Below are positions 48,693 to 56,406 of a stretch of DNA of 56,406 bases, piece after piece. The position numbers and the translations under genes are program-made. Below the pieces are notes generated by a model. The model was given only the letters and a program-made list of their open reading frames with translations. It did not search any database and was not told the origin of the DNA. The stretch's first letter is position 1. Each line of letters opens with the position of its first letter. The stretch is taken from contig JBDTOL010000141.1 of NCBI GenBank assembly GCA_039933235.1, forward strand, positions 1 to 56,406. The letters run 5' to 3'. This DNA is from Spartobacteria bacterium (GTDB lineage Bacteria > Verrucomicrobiota > Verrucomicrobiia > Chthoniobacterales > UBA10450).

Positions 48693-49042
48693 CGCGCGAC
48701 CTTATCACCCACCGCCGGCTCGCCGTCGATGATATCCGCCGCGATAAAGGGCCTCTTCTGTTCCGGCGACGCTTTCAAATGGGCGGTCTCGCCCGCTGCG
48801 TTAGTCGAGCGGAGTTCCTCGCCCGGCGCCGGCACGTAGAGGCTGGAGTCGAGATCGACCAGGACAAAGCGCTTTTCCTCATCCACCACTGCGATTTCCC
48901 CAATCACGATCGTCCCCGGCCGGGGCGGCGGTTTGACCGCATGACGGGCCCGGACCGCGCAACCGCTGCCGAAAGCGAGCACCCACATTGAGACGCCCAG
49001 AAGCATCAGGCAGCGAAACGGATTGGACAGCGGAAAGGACAT
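48689..49042 (-). CDS. hypothetical lipoprotein
   Basis: 117 aa with a lipobox-like LAFGSGC. Its stop overlaps the moeA ATG (ATGA). Confidence 0.55.
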   Translation of the reverse strand: MSFPLSNPFRCLMLLGVSMWVLAFGSGCAVRARHAVKPPPRPGTIVIGEIAVVDEEKRFVLVDLDSSLYVPAPGEELRSTNAAGETAHLKASPEQKRPFIAADIIDGEPAVGDKVAR

Positions 49043-49107
49043 GGCGCGGCAACCGGTTGACGAGCATGGAACGACCCCGATATTCTCGCAACTTCGACGG
49101 CGCAGTG

Positions 49108-49195
49108 GGTGAGGTGGCTGAGTGGTCGAAAGCAGCGCTTTGCTAAAGCGCCGTACCCCAAAAGGGTACCGAGGGTTCGAATCCCTCCCTCACCG
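49108..49195 (+). tRNA. tRNA-Ser (anticodon GCT)
   Basis: GGTGAGG acceptor stem pairing with CCTCACC. Anticodon stem-loop GCGCT-TTGCTAA-AGCGC, a long variable arm CGTACCCCAAAAGGGTACC, and T-arm GAGGGTTCGAATCCCTC. Confidence 0.9.
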
Positions 49196-49218
49196 TTTCC
49201 CCTCGGAAGCATTCCGGA

Positions 49219-50748
49219 TCATGCGAGAGTAAAATCGACGTAGAGGTCGCTGATTTTCACGCGCTGATCCGCGCTGGCCTGGACCTGTGCTGCCTTCCAT
49301 TCCTTCCAGGTGGCGTCGTCAACCAGACTCTCGAATTCCTTTTCCGTGGCCTTGTCCGCGGCGTTCTTTGCGTTATCCGCCCAGCCCAGATCGGAACGTA
49401 CGACGCGCCCCTGGCATTTTTCCAACAGGCGTCGGTAGAGAGCGCGCGCGGGCATTTGCCAGGAATCCTTGGGGTTTCGCCCTAGCGCCACGGCGCGGTC
49501 GACCGGAATGAAGGCGATCAATTCATCCTCCCGGCGCATCAGCTCGAGGCCCTTTGCTTTGGCGGTCGCGTTGTGGCTGGAGTGGTGGCCGACTTTGTAG
49601 AAGACGGTTTCGGCGAGCAATTGGTCGGCCGTCTTTTCCTTCACGGTGGAGCCCTCCTGGACCGTCCATTTCATGTCGGGCGCGTGCCAGGAAAGCCAGT
49701 TGCCCTGTTGCGCGTCGGCTGGGAAAAGCAGCACCTTGCCGTCGCTCTTCCGTTCGATCGCGAGCGCCAGGCTGGTGTTGTTCGTCATGCTGTCCAGTTG
49801 CAGGGCCAGGTCAGCCGCCGCGCGCAACCATTCGTGGTCGATGCGACGCCAGTCGTCTGGCGGGTTGAGATAATTTTCGCTGGCCGGACGCGCCAGAGAA
49901 TGGTCGCCGGGGAGCCGGCGATAGGCGTCAAACGACATTTCGCTTTCCCGCTCGTCCGCGCTCGCCGCGGCGCCGCTGGCCGCGATCCGCATCCCGTCGC
50001 TAATATGATAGAGCTCTGCGCTCTCGTGCTCTCCCATGTCGCGCAAGCTCAACCGCGACGTCGGCGGCCCAAGCACGTAAAAGCGAAATCCGGGCAGCCA
50101 ATCCTCTTCCAAGGCGGCTCCGCCCGGTTTTTTGTAAAGCGCTTCCTGGCCGAACCCCGTCCGCACAAAAGTCATCGCTTCATCGACGGTCTTCGCAAAA
50201 CCGGCCGCCCCCAGCGCCAACGGATCACCGGAAAACCCGAGGATGCTTTGAATAGCGGCGCCTAATTGCGCGGACTCATCGTTAGAGCACCGCGTCAAAG
50301 CGAGGGCGGCAGCGGCCAGGGCAGCGCCAAGGTCGTCCTTGTACTTCACAATCTCCCGGGCGTCGGGGTCCTTGGGGTTTTCCGTCCATGCCATCCAGAC
50401 GCGGTCCACCTGGATTTGTTCGAATTCCTTCCGGCAACTGCGGAATCCGCAGACGTGGTCCTGATGCTCGTGCGTGGCGATGAGAAGATGAAGATGATCG
50501 TTCGTGGTCCGGCGAATGTCGGCCACGACGTCGGCCAGTTTCACGCCGGTTGTTTTCGCGCCGAGGGAACCGCAATCGATCAACATGTGAACCTCCTTGC
50601 CGCCGGGATCGAAAGTGACGAGGAAACAATCCCCCAGGCCCGACCGATACATCCGCACTCGCACTGGCGGGCCGCTCTTGCCGGCGCGGGTGGATTTTCT
50701 TTTTTTGGACGCCTTCTTGGACGTGGGGCGACGTTTTCTAGAGGCCAC
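49219..50748 (-). CDS. metallo-beta-lactamase-fold hydrolase with a large internal insertion (ComEC-type MBL motifs)
   Basis: Motifs GLGDCFLV, ATHEHQDHVCGF, NNTSLAL, LFPADAQQGNW, YKVGHHSSHNAT. Start uncertain. A GTG at 50748 overlaps the upstream gene by 11 nt and adds a Lys/Arg-rich tail (KRRPTSKKASKKRKSTRAGK). Alternative starts at 50664 and 50652. Confidence 0.8.
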   Translation of the reverse strand: MASRKRRPTSKKASKKRKSTRAGKSGPPVRVRMYRSGLGDCFLVTFDPGGKEVHMLIDCGSLGAKTTGVKLADVVADIRRTTNDHLHLLIATHEHQDHVCGFRSCRKEFEQIQVDRVWMAWTENPKDPDAREIVKYKDDLGAALAAAALALTRCSNDESAQLGAAIQSILGFSGDPLALGAAGFAKTVDEAMTFVRTGFGQEALYKKPGGAALEEDWLPGFRFYVLGPPTSRLSLRDMGEHESAELYHISDGMRIAASGAAASADERESEMSFDAYRRLPGDHSLARPASENYLNPPDDWRRIDHEWLRAAADLALQLDSMTNNTSLALAIERKSDGKVLLFPADAQQGNWLSWHAPDMKWTVQEGSTVKEKTADQLLAETVFYKVGHHSSHNATAKAKGLELMRREDELIAFIPVDRAVALGRNPKDSWQMPARALYRRLLEKCQGRVVRSDLGWADNAKNAADKATEKEFESLVDDATWKEWKAAQVQASADQRVKISDLYVDFTLA

Positions 50749-53700
50749 GATGTAACGCCGCGAAGGGCTCCTCCAGTTCTGCGTTCCACCTCGGACTACC
50801 GAAATAAACTCCCCGTCGGGTGCTGTGCGAGGTCTCGGCGAAAGCCTGCTGCCGCTCCAGGCGACTCTGGCTATTGACACCCTTGCGGATGCAATAGCGA
50901 ATGCGGCAGGAGCGCAAATCCGCGATCAAACTGCAGCCCCCTTCGAACACCATTTTTGGTCCGCGCGGATCGTCCGGATCCGCCGGCCGGGGTCGGCGCT
51001 GCAAAATGCCGAGCAGGAGTTGCGGGTTCATTCCGCCATCCGGGCTGGTCCGAAAGGCGATCCTGGCGGAGCGCACTTCGAAGGTCAGCTTCGGGTCGAG
51101 TCCGAGGTAGGCCGCGTCGCTGACGCCGGCCGGGCCGGACAGGAAATGTGCTTTCATCCACTCATGGATCTGCCACCGCATCGAGCGTTCGAGGTGGAAC
51201 AGCGCTTCGCGCGATTCGCTGTAGGTGTGCTCTTGGGCGTACTGCCGGAGCTGAATGAGGGCGGCTTCCAGCTGGGGTGAAGGCGTGAGGCCGTCTTGTT
51301 CCAAGTTGCGCCAGAGCAGGCTCTCCACGCTCAACGTCCGGACCTCCCGGGGATAGAGCGCGCGCTTGCGGAACGCCTCGATGAAGGCGGTGCGATAGCC
51401 GAGATCATCGTCGGGCACGAGATCGAAGTCGGCCGTGATGATGGCGCGCAGATATTCGCCAAAGGTGATGTCGACCGGTGGGCAATAATCCAAGGCCCGC
51501 ACGCACATCATCAAAACGTGATCGGCGGACTTGGCTGCTTCGACGGCGAGCCGGTTGACCAGGTCGGGATGGATTGCGTCGGGCTGAACCACTCCGGTGC
51601 CGCCGGTGGCCAGCCGCAGCAAATCTGCCGTGCGACGCTCGTAAATGGAGAGGAAGGCGTCAAAAACAGCCGCCACCAGGATGGCGCCACGCCGATGCGG
51701 TTCGAAGGTGTTTTCGTACTCGTCCGGCTTGGGCTGATGCGGCTTCCAGGTTCCATTTTCGATTCGGCCAATGGCGTCGCGTAACGCCGTGCGCAGCCCG
51801 GTGCCGCGGCCGAACTCACCCGCCAGTTGGCCGAGGAGGTTTTCCTGCGAGCGAACCGCGCCGCGGGTACTGGAGATTTGGTGCCGCAGGATTTCCGGAA
51901 AAGTAAAGTGCTGAAAGAGCGCCACCAGATCGGCAAAGGCCTCGTGAAAGGCATGCACGTCCGGATTGGTGGGGCTGAGGAAAGAGCGATTCATCCCATC
52001 GAGGAGCGCGTGCGTCGTTTCGTGGGCGATGATGTCATGCGAGAGACAAGAGAAAACCATCCCGCCGGCCATGTGCTCACCGGGAGCATCGGCGGACGCT
52101 CTGAAGTATCCAAAAAGCAAAGCGACTTTGGCCGGCGTATAGTAGGCGTTTCGCTCGCGCAACCCGTGCGGATAAATCCGCAGGCGCTGCACGAAATTGG
52201 AATCGTTTTTCGGCTTTCGAGGATCGGGCGAAGGCCCGGGGCGCCACAAGCTACGGCGACCGAGTGCGCGCTCGAACTTGTGTATTGTTAGGCTGGTGAC
52301 CGCATACACCATCTGTTGATGGAACTGCGGCGTGCCTGCGCTTGGGGCAAGGCCATCCTGCGCCAGCAATTTTGGATCGTCCAGGCGGACCGGTTCGTAG
52401 AAACAATCGCTGCCCGGGTCGAAATCGATCACTTCAAGATATTCGCCGCGTGGCCCGGGTTCGAGATTCTCCCAGGGCAACTGCAGCGTGATCTCGCTAA
52501 TGCCGACGGTCTTGAGATCGATCGCGAGACTGGGATCGAGGGAGAACCCCCGCAGCCTCCGGAAAGGCGGCGTCGCAACGGTGAAGGCCCTCGGCCCCGG
52601 CGTCATTGAAGGCTCCAGTTTCTGATCGACCGCAGGATTCTTGCGTGCGACCCGCGTCCGTTTGCCTCTGGTAGGACCGCGCGGTGTTTGCGGGAGCAGG
52701 CTCTCGACATACCGAACCAATCGGTCGGAGGCCAGAGGATGATCGTGCAACGCTTCGAGGTAAGCGAGCCGTTGCGATCCAGAAATCGCCTCCGGTGGAG
52801 AATCGGGATCGGGCAGAACGGTTTCGAACGGATTGGGGACGTCGGTCCGTGGCCACCGCTGCGCCAGTTGAGTCGCTTCGAGTTCCAGCATGCGGCTGGC
52901 AGGGTCCGCTACGAGACCGAAACCGCTCAGCGCGCGCAGGAACGGAAATATGGCGCGGTCTGGCGGCGTTTTTTGCAGCGCCGAAGCTTTCGGTGGTGCG
53001 AACGCCAAGGCGCGCGCCGATTTGAGGATGCCGTTGCCGAGTTTCTCGGAGCTGCCTCCGTCGGCGGATTTGTCGGCGCTGGCAAATAAGCCACGCCGGA
53101 CCGCTTCCACCCGCATCCAATTCTCCGGATATTTCGCGATCTCGGTTAAGTGCCGTTGCAGATACAACGCGGCCGCGGCGGCAACCTGGGGCGTGGCGGC
53201 TGACGTTCCCTGGCCGTTCATGTCGACGATATCCGCGCAGCCCAGTTCGGCCCAGGGGATGTTAGGCGTGAAAGCGGCAAGAGCCGTCGCCATCTTACTG
53301 GCCGGTCCCCAATTCCCCTGCATCGTCCCGAACGACAGTCCGTAGTAAGGGTGCGCATTCGCCATCACGCCGCAGGCCGCGATGACCCGGCGGAAGCGCG
53401 CCGGATAAACGATGAACCGGGTCGGCACTCCAAACGGCCCGGCGGAAAAGTTGTTGCCCGCCGCGCACACGTAAACGATTCCCGCTTCATAGGCCTTGTT
53501 CACCGCATCCGCCCACGCCTGCGAGGCCACGCCGCCCATGCTCATTGACATGACATGCACCCGCGTCGCTTCCTTTGCGCAGAGCTCGGCCGCGTAATTG
53601 ATCCCCGCGGCCACGGTGCTGGTATAAAGCTGGACGACGGATTTTCCCACCCGGACAGGAACGATCTCCGCCTGCGGAGCGCCGCCGATTAAATCATCGA

Positions 53701-54442
53701 ATTGATTCGGGTAGCCGGCGCCATTGAATTTGAAGTGCCCGCCGGCGAGAATGCTCAGAGTGCCAGTGCCGTGCCCGGGGTTTCGCAGCAGCTCATGCTT
53801 GCCCGGATCGTGCGCATCGTTGGCCGCCTGATCATTGACGAAGTTTCGTTGCAGATCACGTCGCAAATGCGGCGGCAGAACGGAATGGTTCGGATCGTAA
53901 CCGGTATCGAGGTGAGCGATTCGCACGACCTTGCCGTTGGCCGCTCCGTCCCGGGCCGATTTCAACTGCGAGTAACCATCACCGAGATGCCAGGCAAAAC
54001 GGCCATTGATACGCGGCAGATTCGGTATCTGATCATCGAAAACGCACGCCGCAGCCGCGACGACCCCGGCCGGCGACGGCAGCAACGGGTTCTCCGGGAG
54101 CCATTGCTGCTCGAAATCCGGTTCAATGAAAACCTCCGGGCTGCCCGTCAGTCCCACCTGCTTGCGCACGGCGTCGTGGGCCAGATCCCATGCTTTCCTG
54201 CCAGTCACTGCCGTCGGCCGAGCGACATACCACTCCCAGCCTTCGCCAGCGGCGGCCACGCCGAATTCCGCCGATGGAGGTCCGGTGCTGAAGAGTGGCT
54301 CGATATCAAAGCTCACACCCGACACGCCCAAGAAGGTTCGCGTGTCGATCGCCAACGCCGCGCCGCTGCCAGCGGGGAGACGCAGTAGAAGAGCGGAAAA
54401 CTTCGCTTCTTTCATACCCACCAGAAATTCGCCCCAAGCCAT
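50738..54442 (-). CDS. large cytoplasmic fusion protein: S8 subtilase domain + thermolysin-like (gluzincin HExxH) domain
   Basis: S8 triad contexts IAHLDTGYD, GHGTGTLS, GQGTSAATPQVAAAAALY. The C-terminal half has NAYYTP...LFGYF, DIIAHETTHALLDG, FHEAFADLVALF. This parallels thermolysin NAFW..., VVAHELTHAV, NEAISDIFG. No signal peptide. Candidate starts at 54442 and 54415 (ATG) and 54490 (TTG). Confidence 0.85.
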   Translation of the reverse strand: MAWGEFLVGMKEAKFSALLLRLPAGSGAALAIDTRTFLGVSGVSFDIEPLFSTGPPSAEFGVAAAGEGWEWYVARPTAVTGRKAWDLAHDAVRKQVGLTGSPEVFIEPDFEQQWLPENPLLPSPAGVVAAAACVFDDQIPNLPRINGRFAWHLGDGYSQLKSARDGAANGKVVRIAHLDTGYDPNHSVLPPHLRRDLQRNFVNDQAANDAHDPGKHELLRNPGHGTGTLSILAGGHFKFNGAGYPNQFDDLIGGAPQAEIVPVRVGKSVVQLYTSTVAAGINYAAELCAKEATRVHVMSMSMGGVASQAWADAVNKAYEAGIVYVCAAGNNFSAGPFGVPTRFIVYPARFRRVIAACGVMANAHPYYGLSFGTMQGNWGPASKMATALAAFTPNIPWAELGCADIVDMNGQGTSAATPQVAAAAALYLQRHLTEIAKYPENWMRVEAVRRGLFASADKSADGGSSEKLGNGILKSARALAFAPPKASALQKTPPDRAIFPFLRALSGFGLVADPASRMLELEATQLAQRWPRTDVPNPFETVLPDPDSPPEAISGSQRLAYLEALHDHPLASDRLVRYVESLLPQTPRGPTRGKRTRVARKNPAVDQKLEPSMTPGPRAFTVATPPFRRLRGFSLDPSLAIDLKTVGISEITLQLPWENLEPGPRGEYLEVIDFDPGSDCFYEPVRLDDPKLLAQDGLAPSAGTPQFHQQMVYAVTSLTIHKFERALGRRSLWRPGPSPDPRKPKNDSNFVQRLRIYPHGLRERNAYYTPAKVALLFGYFRASADAPGEHMAGGMVFSCLSHDIIAHETTHALLDGMNRSFLSPTNPDVHAFHEAFADLVALFQHFTFPEILRHQISSTRGAVRSQENLLGQLAGEFGRGTGLRTALRDAIGRIENGTWKPHQPKPDEYENTFEPHRRGAILVAAVFDAFLSIYERRTADLLRLATGGTGVVQPDAIHPDLVNRLAVEAAKSADHVLMMCVRALDYCPPVDITFGEYLRAIITADFDLVPDDDLGYRTAFIEAFRKRALYPREVRTLSVESLLWRNLEQDGLTPSPQLEAALIQLRQYAQEHTYSESREALFHLERSMRWQIHEWMKAHFLSGPAGVSDAAYLGLDPKLTFEVRSARIAFRTSPDGGMNPQLLLGILQRRPRPADPDDPRGPKMVFEGGCSLIADLRSCRIRYCIRKGVNSQSRLERQQAFAETSHSTRRGVYFGSPRWNAELEEPFAALHRGL

Positions 54443-54646
54443 TCTCGATAACCGTGATCGAGCGCGTGGGGAGGATTCACGTTGCTGCAATTTTTCCGGG
54501 TCTCTTCCTGGAGGTCAATCAAAATTCTTAGCTGGAGGCTCTGGAACGCCCGATTTCCGCCTGCAGCTCCTGTCACCTTGGCGGAGATGGGAGCATCCTA
54601 AACTCTTGCGCCTTCCCGCGACCTCCGCTGAAGATCGCGGAGTGGT

Positions 54647-55240
54647 ATGAAGGTATGGAAGGCTGCCCTGCTCCTGGCCGCGCTCGCGGCAGTTATTTGG
54701 TGGTTGTCGCCGCAGCGCGCGATCAAGCCTAACGAACCGGGCGTGGTCGAAATCAACTTCACCGGCGACGCCGGGGCAAACAAGGCGGCGTTGGATGAGG
54801 CTTTTCTGGCCTTCGAAACGGAGAGCCGGGCGCTTCACGAAAAAGATCCGCATCAGCCGATTTATCGCGTCATCGCCGGGCAAAGCGCCTCGCGCGATCA
54901 GACCGCGGATCCTCTTGAGGACGCAGCCCGGCTCGATGGATGCGGTTTTTTTCGCATCTACTGGCACATCATGCTCCCGCTCGTTAGGCCAACCCTGGCC
55001 GCGATCGCGATCTTTACCTTTCTCGCGACCTGGAACGAATTCACGATGCCGCTCATCTACCTGGCCAATCAGCGGATCTATCCGCTTTCCTTCGGCCTTT
55101 ACGCTTTCCAGGTGCAGGTCTCGATTCCCGGCACGGCCAAGGGCATGGGCATGGTAATGGCCGCCTCCTTCCTCATAATGCTGCCAGTGATCGCGATCTT
55201 CCTCTTTGCCCAGCGCTACTTCCTGCGCGGGTCACCCTGA
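54647..55240 (+). pseudogene. chimeric remnant of a carbohydrate ABC transporter operon (binding-protein N-terminus fused to the permease C-terminus)
   Basis: About the first 85 aa look like a solute-binding-protein leader (MKVWKAALLLAALAAVIWWL...). The rest is the EAA-loop-to-C-terminus of a BPD-type permease (EDAARLDGCGFFRIYWHIMLPLVRP...WNEFTMPL). Confidence 0.65.
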
Positions 55241-55348
55241 CCGGGATGAAGGGATAGGCCGTGTGATGCACTGGCTCACCGCAAAACCCCCGCCGCCCAA
55301 ATTCGCTGAGGACAGCGGACGCTACAGTATCGGAATAAGAAAAGCTCG

Positions 55349-55939
55349 TTAGGGCGCCTTGTCCGCCTCGATGTCGATCGAGATCGTGACCTCTTCGCCG
55401 ACTACCGCGGTGCCTTCGACCGCTTTGTTCCAGGTCAACCGATAGTCGCCGCGCTTGATCGGATCGGGCGTCACCTGCCAGCCGCTGATTTGACTGCCGC
55501 CCATCCCTTTTCCCTTGCCGAGGAACTTGACGTGCAACGTGATCTCCTTGGTCACGCCATGCATGGTGAGTTCGCCAACGATGTCGCCGCTATCGGCGCC
55601 GGTTTGCTTCACGTTCTTGCTCTTGAAAGTGATCGTCGGGTGCTTCGCGACATCGAAGAAATCGCCACTGCGCAGGTCCGCATCGCGTTTCTCATTCTTG
55701 GTATCGACGCTGGCGGCATCGATCGTGGCGGTGACGGAAGATTTTTCCGGATGATCGGGATCGACTTTGATCGTGCCTTCAAATTTTTTGAAGCTGCCGT
55801 TCACGTAACTGAAAAAATGCCGCACCTTGAAACTGATCGCCGAATGGACGGGATCGATCTTGTAGGTGTCTTCGGCCTGGGCGGTGAGGGTGGAACCGCA
55901 GAGCAAAGCGGCGGCGAGCGGGGACAAAGATTTTTTCAT
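55349..55939 (-). CDS. YceI family periplasmic protein
   Basis: 196 aa with a signal peptide. YKIDPVHSAISFKVRHF and a typical YceI lipocalin-like sequence. Confidence 0.88.
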   Translation of the reverse strand: MKKSLSPLAAALLCGSTLTAQAEDTYKIDPVHSAISFKVRHFFSYVNGSFKKFEGTIKVDPDHPEKSSVTATIDAASVDTKNEKRDADLRSGDFFDVAKHPTITFKSKNVKQTGADSGDIVGELTMHGVTKEITLHVKFLGKGKGMGGSQISGWQVTPDPIKRGDYRLTWNKAVEGTAVVGEEVTISIDIEADKAP

Positions 55940-56044
55940 GGCTTCGTGACGCTAACGAGATGCCGCCGGCTGACTACAGATTTTGTCAGGGAAAAGGTTA
56001 CGACAGGCCAAATTCACGAAGCGCGAGGCCAAACGACCGCGCGA

Positions 56045-56406
56045 TCAGGGCAGCGGGATCACGTAGTTCGTTAGGATTCCCCTGGTCCGATCGAAGGTCC
56101 TGGCCGGTGTAGTCGTTGCATCGGTGACGAGAAACGCGATCCCGCCGACGCAAGGCGGGCCGACGTGCTTGAACTTCACCTGGCCCCGGGAGTTGGTCGT
56201 GCCGGAGACGATTTCATCGAGCCAATAGTCGTCCAGGAAATGGCCGGTAATCTTCACGCCCGCCAGCGGAGCGCCTGCCTCGTTCGTGACGGTCAACTGC
56301 GCCTGCGCCTGGGCACTTCCCTGATCGCAAAAGGCGGGGCCCTTGCCCTTCATCCGAATGCTGGTCACCTGGATGCAATTGCTGGTGCAGGGCTGAGCCG
56401 GAACCA
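56045..56406 (-). CDS. C-terminal part of a larger protein (Ig-like / carboxypeptidase-regulatory-like domain), truncated by the window edge
   Basis: The reading frame stays open upstream of the GTG at 56368 to the end of the window. Sequence LTVTNEAGAPLAGVKITGHF...TNSRGQVKFK. Confidence 0.5.
   Translation of the reverse strand, partial: VPAQPCTSNCIQVTSIRMKGKGPAFCDQGSAQAQAQLTVTNEAGAPLAGVKITGHFLDDYWLDEIVSGTTNSRGQVKFKHVGPPCVGGIAFLVTDATTTPARTFDRTRGILTNYVIPLP

Noticed and set aside
49196-54646. Searched for a direct repeat of the tRNA-Ser 3' end to delimit the S8/MBL cassette as a classical integrated island, and for an integrase.
   Set aside because: No repeat of the tRNA 3' segment and no recombinase gene were found. 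Island status therefore rests only on the tRNA adjacency, the odd gene content and the lack of CCTAACGA tags.

Overview
High-GC (about 60%) bacterial chromosome segment. The protein families and repeat types look like Verrucomicrobia or another PVC-group bacterium, but that is inference only. Most of the window is housekeeping:
- rplA-rplJ and dnaX-ybaB
- a translationally coupled purL / small membrane gene / purF / purM block, plus purA
- pntAA-pntAB-pntB, gmd, glnB, uppP, uppS, hemW, moeA
- a two-domain ligD, tRNA-Val and tRNA-Ser

Three segments look accessory:
1. An 8.3-kb decayed island (10777-19090) bounded by a 39-nt direct repeat of the 5' half of tRNA-Val. It carries a frameshifted integrase, two tandem YVTN beta-propeller paralogs and a sulfatase with three Ig-like repeats.
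2. An uncharacterised two-gene cassette (28362-30660): a CARDB-like protein and a glycine-zipper membrane protein.
3. A two-gene cassette next to tRNA-Ser (49219-54442): a roughly 1230-aa cytoplasmic protein fusing an S8 subtilase to a thermolysin-like HExxH domain, overlapping a split metallo-beta-lactamase-fold hydrolase. This is my best candidate for an undescribed conflict or defence-type system.

Three sequence-level signals lie on top of the genes:
- The 8-mer CCTAACGA, usually GCCTAACGA, occurs at least 29 times. It is found in both orientations and all reading frames, and is nearly absent from the three accessory segments.
- An 85-nt palindromic element has 4 copies, one of them in frame inside purL.
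- A short GCGAAGCG-type palindrome family has 4 copies, one of them in frame inside hemW.

No CRISPR array, rRNA or intact transposase was seen. Many long ORFs in the track are antisense shadow ORFs typical of GC-rich DNA.
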